In this document: positions 57,162 to 64,000 of the stretch, in pieces
Numbering within the stretch: position 1 is the stretch's first letter
How the letters are laid out: every line of letters begins with the position of its first letter
From: Chitinophagales bacterium
Lineage (GTDB): Bacteria > Bacteroidota > Bacteroidia > Chitinophagales > Chitinophagaceae
Direction: 5' to 3'
Assembly: GCA_038245585.1 (NCBI GenBank)
Contig: JBBRSI010000001.1
Coordinates: forward strand, 766 to 64,765
Length of the DNA stretch: 64,000 bases
Program-made: the position numbers and the translations under genes
Notes under the pieces: model-generated
What the model saw: the letters and a program-made list of their open reading frames with translations, nothing else
What the model was told of the DNA's origin: nothing
The model's database searches: none

Positions 57162-57301
57162 AAAAGAGGTATCTCTCCCGTTTTCAAAAAACAGGTTTGC
57201 CGCGAAGGTAATTTAATTTTGAAATTAAATTTTACCCGTACCAGTTGCTTCATTGACAGAAAATCTTATTTTTAATTTATTTAACCAGAAACGTTGAAAT
57301 T

Positions 57302-58033
57302 ATGAAGAAAATTCCTGTGTTATTATTTGCCTGTACGGCCATCTTATTTTTATTTTCCTGCAATGGCAATTTCCATGAAAGGATTAAGGGGAATGGTAAG
57401 CCCGGTCATTTGGAAAAAACGTTGACCATTGCTGATAAGGTATTGCTTACAGGAAAATATGATCTTGAAATTGTACCAGGAAACTCGAAATCTATACAGG
57501 TAATGGCAGATGAAAATATTTTACCCTATATAGTTATTGATGAAAAGGAAAACCGGCTTGCTATTCGCACCAAAGACGGCTTTGATATTTCCTCATCCAA
57601 TGATATTCATTTAATACTCACCACAGATAAATTGTCTGAGTTGAGTGTGAATGGTAGTGCAGATGTAACCAGTGCTTCCATGCTTACCGGCGCAGATTAT
57701 TTGAAAGTGGAAATTGTAGGCAGTGGAAATATTTCATTACAAGTGAATACGCCTTCCGTAAATGCCCATATTGCCGGTACAGGAGACATAAAATTAAGTG
57801 GTGAAACAAAAGACCTGAAGATCATGATCGACGGGCAGGGTGATTTTAAATCAAAAGAATTAAAGGCTGAAAATGTTTCAATCATTATCAATGGCACAGG
57901 TAATGCGAATGTATTTGCTGCCGCATCCCTTGATGTAAAAATATCCGGGAGTGGCGATGTCTCCTATCTCGGAAACCCTCAGCTGACGCAGCATGTAGCC
58001 GGCTCCGGGAAAATTAAACAGGCCCAGGATTAG
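57302..58033 (+). CDS. DUF2807 / head GIN domain lipoprotein (paralogue of 39459-40178)
   Basis: Lipobox LFLFSC. G(S/T)GD(I/V) and GSGNI motifs recur at roughly 20-residue spacing. Confidence 0.7.
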   Translation: MKKIPVLLFACTAILFLFSCNGNFHERIKGNGKPGHLEKTLTIADKVLLTGKYDLEIVPGNSKSIQVMADENILPYIVIDEKENRLAIRTKDGFDISSSNDIHLILTTDKLSELSVNGSADVTSASMLTGADYLKVEIVGSGNISLQVNTPSVNAHIAGTGDIKLSGETKDLKIMIDGQGDFKSKELKAENVSIIINGTGNANVFAAASLDVKISGSGDVSYLGNPQLTQHVAGSGKIKQAQD

Positions 58034-58049
58034 TTTTAAAAGCGAACCA

Positions 58050-59789
58050 TTATTGCATTAAACGATATACAGGATAGCGCAAATGAGCCGGTTCGTAATA
58101 CGGTGAATTTTTGTAAACAAAATTTAATTGTGCATCCGCAGATTTTGCAAAATCGGGATCTGCCTTTCTTTTTTCATCGAGCTTTTGTTGCAATTCCGGG
58201 TGAGCCACCAAATATTTTGCGGCCACATCTTCCCAGCGATAATTGCTATAACCTTCTTTTTCCTGTAATACGGCGTCAAAGAAATTCCAGTAAAAATAAC
58301 TGTCATCGCCTTTGGGTTCAAGCGTTTCCACGATATAACGATTTGCAGGCTGGTTGGTATAAATCATATAATCACCTTTTAGAAAATGCAGTTGATCATT
58401 CTGTGTGCTCAGCGTAACAGAATAATTGACATGATGTTTTTCATACGGTTTAGGATAACTTTTAAAATCATCTATATGATACCAATCAACGTTTATATCT
58501 GTATCATTTTGCAGCATGCGCAATTGAACGCCATTTAATTTTAACCGGTCTATCACTTCATGCCAGCCATGCGGAATGATATATGCCAGGGGCTTTTTCA
58601 CGGTATTCACGGGAACGAATGTGTTGTAAAAATTCACCATTTTCTCAAAAGGTTTTGAATGATCATAATACATGCGCGGCATGCCGGTAACATCACTTGT
58701 TTTGCTAAGCGCTTCATATCCTTTAAAATTGATGAGGTCATATTTTGTGGTATCCACGCGCCAGCCGAGTGCAAAACTATCCTGCAACATCACGTCTTCA
58801 ATACTTTTTTTTCTTTTGGAAAATATTTCCTGCGCGTGAATGGATGATTGTTCCATTAAAGATTGCATCAATGCATACGTACTTTCTACGCGGTCTTTAT
58901 ATGGTTTCAGCATATGCGTTTCTGCAGTGAAACCTATTGTTTGAAATAGGGTAGTATAGCCACTGCTATAGCGCGGTGATTCGTAATAAGCAGCCCAGCC
59001 TTTATCGGGATTTCCATCTTCAAAATTGACATATGGTGTCATCGGCCAATTTTTTTCTTGCATACTACTATATAGTGCAGGCTCAAAAATATCATGTAAA
59101 AAAACACCGAGTGGTCCGCCGAGTTTATTATGCTGCGTGGTGAGCAAGGTCATGGTGTATTGATAATCTGCGCCATCACTCACATGGTTATCTATAAACA
59201 CTTCCGGCTTCAGCCACTGATATATTTTCTCAAAAGCAAATGCATTTTTTGAATCGGCTTTTATAAAATCTCTATTGAGGTCCAGGTTTTCCGCATTACC
59301 GCGAAAGCCATAACTTTCCGGGCCATTCTGATTGACCCTGGAATAACTGCTCCTGTTCAATGCGCCGCCAATATTATACGCGGGAATCACTGCAAACACT
59401 ACATTCTCAGCGCTTTTTATTTTTCCGGAAGCGAGATCGCGCAGCAGCATCATACTTGCATCCAGGCCATCCGGTTCACCTGGATGAATGTCATTATTTA
59501 CAAGAATAATGATCTTGTTTTCCGAATGTATTTTTTCAGGGCTGAAAGTTTTATCAGTAGAATATAACACAAGATTTAATGGATAACCTGAATCTGTAGT
59601 ATCTCCCGAAAGTATTTTTATAGTGGAATATTTAGCCGCGAGGTTTTGATAAAATGCGATGCATTCAAAATAAGTTGCGGATTTTTTTCCTTCACTTTTT
59701 TCAAAAACGGTTGTGAGGTCTTGTGCCTTTAAATTGTTTGCAAAAAAGTTTCCCAAAAATAAGATGGTTAATAAAGTAATTTTTTTCAT
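58050..59789 (-). CDS. M14-family zinc carboxypeptidase (secreted)
   Basis: 579 aa. Signal peptide. The zinc motif HxxE is present as NNDIHPGEPDG, with LNRDF downstream. Confidence 0.8.
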   Translation of the reverse strand: MKKITLLTILFLGNFFANNLKAQDLTTVFEKSEGKKSATYFECIAFYQNLAAKYSTIKILSGDTTDSGYPLNLVLYSTDKTFSPEKIHSENKIIILVNNDIHPGEPDGLDASMMLLRDLASGKIKSAENVVFAVIPAYNIGGALNRSSYSRVNQNGPESYGFRGNAENLDLNRDFIKADSKNAFAFEKIYQWLKPEVFIDNHVSDGADYQYTMTLLTTQHNKLGGPLGVFLHDIFEPALYSSMQEKNWPMTPYVNFEDGNPDKGWAAYYESPRYSSGYTTLFQTIGFTAETHMLKPYKDRVESTYALMQSLMEQSSIHAQEIFSKRKKSIEDVMLQDSFALGWRVDTTKYDLINFKGYEALSKTSDVTGMPRMYYDHSKPFEKMVNFYNTFVPVNTVKKPLAYIIPHGWHEVIDRLKLNGVQLRMLQNDTDINVDWYHIDDFKSYPKPYEKHHVNYSVTLSTQNDQLHFLKGDYMIYTNQPANRYIVETLEPKGDDSYFYWNFFDAVLQEKEGYSNYRWEDVAAKYLVAHPELQQKLDEKRKADPDFAKSADAQLNFVYKNSPYYEPAHLRYPVYRLMQ

Positions 59790-59819
59790 TAAATTTAGCC
59801 TTTTAAGATTTAGTATAAA

Positions 59820-60515
59820 ATGGAAAGTTTAAAGGTACATCGAATTTTAATTGCAGAAGACGAGCCTAAGATTGGTTTATTTGTTCAGCAGGAATTAATT
59901 GCCCATGGCTATGAAACGGATTTGGCAGTTTCAGGAACTATTGCTGTAGAATTATTAAGCCGCATCAATTATTCGCTTATAATCCTTGATATAAATTTGG
60001 GAGATATGAGCGGCATCAATATTTGCCGGGGCTTCAGGGAAAAAAATGTCCATGTGCCGGTGATCATGCTTACAGCTTTGGGAGATATGCACGATAAAAT
60101 TCTTGCCTTTGAAGCTGGCGCTGATGATTATATCGTGAAGCCATTTCACATCAATGAATTATTGGCCCGTATGAAAGTTTTTTTAAAAAGATCCGAAGGC
60201 GGCCCTGGTTTTGAAGAAATCATAAAGATAAATGACCTCGAAATAAATATTACCAATAAAGCGGTCAGCCGTGCAGGTGTGACCATTAACTTAACTATTC
60301 GCGAATTTGCTTTGCTTTTACTGCTTTGCCGTAATAAAGGCAATGCTATTTCTAAAAAGGAAATTCTTTTAAAAGTTTGGGGCCTTGATTTTGAGACAGG
60401 TACTAATACAGTGGAAGTATATATCAACTTCCTGCGCAATAAAATTGATAAGAATTTTTCACCAAAATTGATACATACCAAAACGGGCTTCGGTTATTAT
60501 ATTAATGAAGATTAA
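59820..60515 (+). CDS. OmpR/PhoB-family response regulator
   Basis: Receiver domain (ILIAEDEPKI, LIILDINLGDMSG, KPF) plus a winged-helix output domain (LTIREFALLLLL...TKTGFGY). Confidence 0.92.
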   Translation: MESLKVHRILIAEDEPKIGLFVQQELIAHGYETDLAVSGTIAVELLSRINYSLIILDINLGDMSGINICRGFREKNVHVPVIMLTALGDMHDKILAFEAGADDYIVKPFHINELLARMKVFLKRSEGGPGFEEIIKINDLEINITNKAVSRAGVTINLTIREFALLLLLCRNKGNAISKKEILLKVWGLDFETGTNTVEVYINFLRNKIDKNFSPKLIHTKTGFGYYINED

Positions 60516-60520
60516 CGTGT

Positions 60521-61933
60521 ATGAATTTAAGGTCTAAATTTTTACTGGTCCTCACACTGGTCATCTCTGCCATTCTTGCTTTAAGTTTTGGGAGTGTATA
60601 TTTTTTATATGAACATTCTAAAGATACAGATGAGAAAAAGTTTTTATTGGCAGAGGCCAATGAAGCTTCGTTTTTATATTTCAGGTTGCACAAGAATGCT
60701 TTACTGGAAGATAGTGCAGAGGCCAATGAGCCTAAAGATTTTGCAGGCAATAAAGCCATCAGCATCATTATTTTTAATACACAAAAAAAATTAGTTTTCA
60801 GTTACCCGGATACAGCTATTCATGATTTAAGAAATATAATCCTGGACAGCATCCGGGAAAACAGCCCGTACTATTTTGAAAACGGAGAATCATTATCTGT
60901 TGGCTTATTTTACCGGCAGGGGAAAGATTATTGTTATACCATCGTATCGGTAAATACTTATTTTGAAGAAAGCCAGCGGGCGCAACTAAAAAATATTTTA
61001 ATCATGGTCGCTTTAGCCTCCATTATTTTTATTGTTCTTTTTTCTTTTTATTATGTATTTATTGTCACCGCACCCCTGGTAAAACTAAGTATCCAGATGC
61101 GGCATATATCAGAAAGCGATTTGAAAAAAAGGGTAGAAGTAGTAAAAGGAAATTTTAAAACAAATGAAATTGTACAGGTTGCCACGAATATGAATGGTAT
61201 GCTCGACAGGCTGGAACGTGCTTTTGAAAATCAGAAAAATTTTGTACGGCATGCATCGCATGAACTGCGTACACCATTGGCGAATATGCTCCTTCAAACA
61301 GATTACGCACTGGAAAAAGACCTGGATAAAAATGAATACCTCCGGATTTTGCAATCTTTAAAAGAAGATGAACTGGAGTTGATCTCCCTGATCAATACAT
61401 TGCTGCAATTTTCACAATACGAACAAATTGATAACCTGCAACTCTCACCTTTGACGCGGCTGGATGACGTGGTTTATAATTGTATTTCTTTTGCTAAAAA
61501 AAGTTATCCCGGCATTCATATTAACTTTGAATTTGCCACCACGCCTGAAAGTGAAGATGCAATTTTAGTGAATGGCCACCCGGAATTGTTACGGGTAGCT
61601 TTTAATAATCTTATTAAAAATGCATACAATTATTCGCCGGATAAAAGAATTGATATTGTACTTGACACAAATGATAAAGGTGTCAATATTATTTTTGAAA
61701 ATGCCGGCAAAGGTTTAAAGAAGGATGAAGCAGAGAAATTGTTCCTGCCTTTTTTCCGGGGTGAAAATAAAAACACTACGAAAGGTTTTGGTTTAGGCCT
61801 GGCAATCGTAGAAAAAATCATAAAAATTCATCACGCAAAAATCACGTACCAGTTTACAGGTGAAAATAAAAACCGCTTCATTATATTTTTCAGTAAGGGC
61901 AAAAAAAATCCCGGCAAAAACCAGGATGAATGA
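60521..61933 (+). CDS. Sensor histidine kinase (TM - HAMP - HisKA - HATPase_c)
   Basis: H-box is FVRHASHELRTPL, N-box is NLIKNAYNYS, and the G-box is GFGLGLAIVEKI. It starts 5 nt after the regulator gene. Confidence 0.9.
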   Translation: MNLRSKFLLVLTLVISAILALSFGSVYFLYEHSKDTDEKKFLLAEANEASFLYFRLHKNALLEDSAEANEPKDFAGNKAISIIIFNTQKKLVFSYPDTAIHDLRNIILDSIRENSPYYFENGESLSVGLFYRQGKDYCYTIVSVNTYFEESQRAQLKNILIMVALASIIFIVLFSFYYVFIVTAPLVKLSIQMRHISESDLKKRVEVVKGNFKTNEIVQVATNMNGMLDRLERAFENQKNFVRHASHELRTPLANMLLQTDYALEKDLDKNEYLRILQSLKEDELELISLINTLLQFSQYEQIDNLQLSPLTRLDDVVYNCISFAKKSYPGIHINFEFATTPESEDAILVNGHPELLRVAFNNLIKNAYNYSPDKRIDIVLDTNDKGVNIIFENAGKGLKKDEAEKLFLPFFRGENKNTTKGFGLGLAIVEKIIKIHHAKITYQFTGENKNRFIIFFSKGKKNPGKNQDE

Positions 61934-61951
61934 ATTTAAAATAAAATTGTT

Positions 61952-62206
61952 TTAAACACCTGCAGCCACGTGCTTGGTCAATTTACTCTTCAGGTTGCCT
62001 GCTTTATTTTTATGAATGATTCCCCGCTTAGCCATTTTATCAATCATTGAAATTACATTGGGCAATTGCTCTTTTTTCTGTGTACCTTCTTTTTCAGCTT
62101 TCAGTACGCGGATAGCATTACGGGTTGTTTTACCATAATATTTATTGCGGTCCCTTCTTTTTGCTGCCTGGCGCACGTCCTTTTTTGTTGCTTTATGATT
62201 TGCCAT
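61952..62206 (-). CDS. rpsT: 30S ribosomal protein S20
   Basis: 84 aa. MANHKATKKDVRQAAKRRDRNKYYGKTTRNAIR is a typical S20 N-terminus. Confidence 0.93.
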   Translation of the reverse strand: MANHKATKKDVRQAAKRRDRNKYYGKTTRNAIRVLKAEKEGTQKKEQLPNVISMIDKMAKRGIIHKNKAGNLKSKLTKHVAAGV

Positions 62207-62225
62207 TAATTTTTTTTTCGGACGG

Positions 62226-62233
62226 CAAAGGTA
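62226..62233 (-). promoter_or_regulatory. Bacteroidota-type -7 promoter box TACCTTTG for rpsT
   Basis: The minus strand reads TACCTTTG, a perfect TAnnTTTG match, ending about 19 nt upstream of the rpsT ATG. Confidence 0.5.
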
Positions 62234-62386
62234 AGCAGAGATTTTTATATGGAGAAATTTTATATAGGGTTAATTTTTTAAAAAATTCATAATGCGTAGA
62301 AATGTCTTCTTTATACATTCGTTTATTGCCTGCAAAGACCGATATTTGCAGCACCTGTACATTTTGAATTTCCAAATACAAATAGA

Positions 62387-64000
62387 ATGAAAGATTTTTC
62401 ATATATCACCGGCTCACACCCGGCATTTATAGAGACATTATATAATGATTTTTTAAAAGATCCGGCAAGTATTGACGCAGAATGGAAAAAATTCTTTGAA
62501 GGATTTGACTTCGCCGTTTCCAATAAAGCGACCAATGGATTAGCCCAAACCTTGCCGCCGGAGGAAAAGGCCACCGAAATTCCTGTGGACGCATTACGTG
62601 AGATTAAAGTGTACCGCCTCATCCTGGGCTATCGGAATAAAGGCCATTTAATCGCCAAAACAAATCCTATCCGGGAGCGAAAAGACCGGAACGCCAATTT
62701 AGACCTGTCTTTTTTCGGCCTTTCCGAGAGTGACCTGGATCAAAATTATAAATGTGGCGAAATTCTCGGACTGGGTACAACCACCCTCCGGAATATCCTC
62801 GAACACCTTCAAAAAATATATGCAGGAAGCGTTGGTGTGGAATTTAAATATATCACCAACCAGGAAAAAATTAACTGGATCACGCGGGAAATGGAACAAT
62901 CGTTTGATAAGCCTTTACCACTTGAACAGAAAAAAAGAATCCTCGATAAATTAAATGAAGGTGTCATTTTTGAAAAATTCCTGCATACAAAATATGTAGG
63001 CCAAAAAAGATTTTCCCTGGAAGGCGGGGAAACTACGATCGCTGCTTTGGATGCCATCATAAATATCGCAGCGGAACATGGTGTGCAGGAAGCAGTTATT
63101 GGAATGGCACACCGCGGCAGACTAAATATACTGGCAAATATTTTGGGCAAAACTTATGGCCAGATATTCAGTGAATTTGAAGGAACAGCCAAGCTCGATC
63201 AAACCATGGGCAGCGGCGACGTGAAATACCATATGGGTTATGGAAGTGATATTAAAACACCTTCAGGAAAAGAAGTGCATCTAAAATTGATGCCCAACCC
63301 TTCCCACCTGGAAGCCGTGGATCCCGTGGTTGTTGGTTTTGCGCGGGCTAAAGCAGATATTTTATACAAAAGTGAATACGATAAAATACTTCCTATTTTA
63401 ATTCATGGTGACGCGTCGCTGGCCGGCCAGGGAATCGTGTATGAGGTATTACAAATGAGTGATCTTCAGGGTTATGATACCGGCGGTACAATTCATTTTG
63501 TGATCAATAATCAAATTGGTTTTACTACAGATTTTGATGATGCAAGAAGTTCTGATTATTGCTCTTCACTGGCCGCGGCAATTCATGCGCCCGTTTTTCA
63601 TGTAAATGGTGATGATCCCGAAGCAGTTGTGCGTTGCGTAGAACTGGCTACGCGTTTCCGCCAGGAATTTAATTTTGATGTTTTTATAGATATGGTTTGT
63701 TACCGGCGGCATGGGCATAATGAAGGCGATGATCCAAAATTTACCCAACCACAATTGTATGCACTCATAGATAAGCACGCAAATCCGCGGGAAGTATATA
63801 CCCAGTTTTTATTGGAAAATGGAGAACCGGATGCCAAAGAACTGGCAAGCGGGATGGAGAAAAAATTCTGGAGTGATTTACAGGAAAGGCTGGACGAAGT
63901 AAAACAAAACCCGCTGCCGTATAATTACCAGGCACCTGAACTTGCCTGGAAAAGTCTGCATAGGGCTACAGAAGCAGATTTTGAAAAATCACCAGCAACT
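62387..64000 (+). CDS. sucA: 2-oxoglutarate dehydrogenase E1 component, 5' part (runs off the window)
   Basis: Not in the ORF track because no stop lies in the window. From the ATG at 62387 the product is MKDFSYITGSHPAFIETLYNDFLKDPASIDAEWKKFFEGFDFA. Later it contains MAHRGRLN, HLEAVDPVV and HGDASLAGQGIVYE, which are the conserved SucA blocks. The frame stays open to 64000. Confidence 0.9.
   Translation, partial: MKDFSYITGSHPAFIETLYNDFLKDPASIDAEWKKFFEGFDFAVSNKATNGLAQTLPPEEKATEIPVDALREIKVYRLILGYRNKGHLIAKTNPIRERKDRNANLDLSFFGLSESDLDQNYKCGEILGLGTTTLRNILEHLQKIYAGSVGVEFKYITNQEKINWITREMEQSFDKPLPLEQKKRILDKLNEGVIFEKFLHTKYVGQKRFSLEGGETTIAALDAIINIAAEHGVQEAVIGMAHRGRLNILANILGKTYGQIFSEFEGTAKLDQTMGSGDVKYHMGYGSDIKTPSGKEVHLKLMPNPSHLEAVDPVVVGFARAKADILYKSEYDKILPILIHGDASLAGQGIVYEVLQMSDLQGYDTGGTIHFVINNQIGFTTDFDDARSSDYCSSLAAAIHAPVFHVNGDDPEAVVRCVELATRFRQEFNFDVFIDMVCYRRHGHNEGDDPKFTQPQLYALIDKHANPREVYTQFLLENGEPDAKELASGMEKKFWSDLQERLDEVKQNPLPYNYQAPELAWKSLHRATEADFEKSPAT

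Overview
This 64-kb window reads as an AT-rich Bacteroidota chromosomal segment. Supporting signs are a PorP/SprF type IX secretion protein, a TonB-dependent receptor with a CarboxypepD_reg-type N-terminus, TAnnTTTG -7 promoter boxes, and signal peptides ending in AQ/AQQ. About 50 protein genes are densely packed on both strands, and most are housekeeping. They include guaB, guaA, adenine deaminase, a nucleoside permease, the GTPases der and era, dprA, anmK, rpsT, the 5' part of sucA and cbpA-cbpM. There are also two two-component systems (one sigma-54 dependent), tRNA-Leu(CAG), initiator tRNA-Met(CAT), and a TPP riboswitch in front of a TonB-dependent receptor. I found no CRISPR array, cas genes, integrase, transposase, phage genes or recognisable defence or toxin-antitoxin module, so I cannot name a clear-cut new system. 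Five things stand out. (1) Two intergenic regions (611-1146 and 7255-7623) are tandemly amplified, so that promoter plus start-codon context is copied upstream of the real gene. (2) A paired-hairpin REP/MITE-like element with the core GGTCAGGCGACC occurs in the first array and again, inverted, at about 43.0-43.1 kb, with stem flanks that co-vary. (3) A quasi-periodic run of five small GC hairpins lies in the 500-bp spacer at 19.0-19.5 kb. (4) The locus next to tRNA-Leu mixes fucosidase and proline/hydroxyproline-type genes and shows decay, with a GH29 fucosidase remnant carrying an in-frame stop and an apparently 5'-truncated aldehyde dehydrogenase. (5) A secreted PIG-L deacetylase, a sodium:solute symporter and a CBM9/DUF5916 outer-membrane protein form a module of unknown function, and it contains an untracked 38-codon membrane micro-ORF translationally coupled to the symporter. 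All coordinates for small elements were counted by hand and may be off by 1-2 nt. All family assignments come from motif recognition, not database searches.
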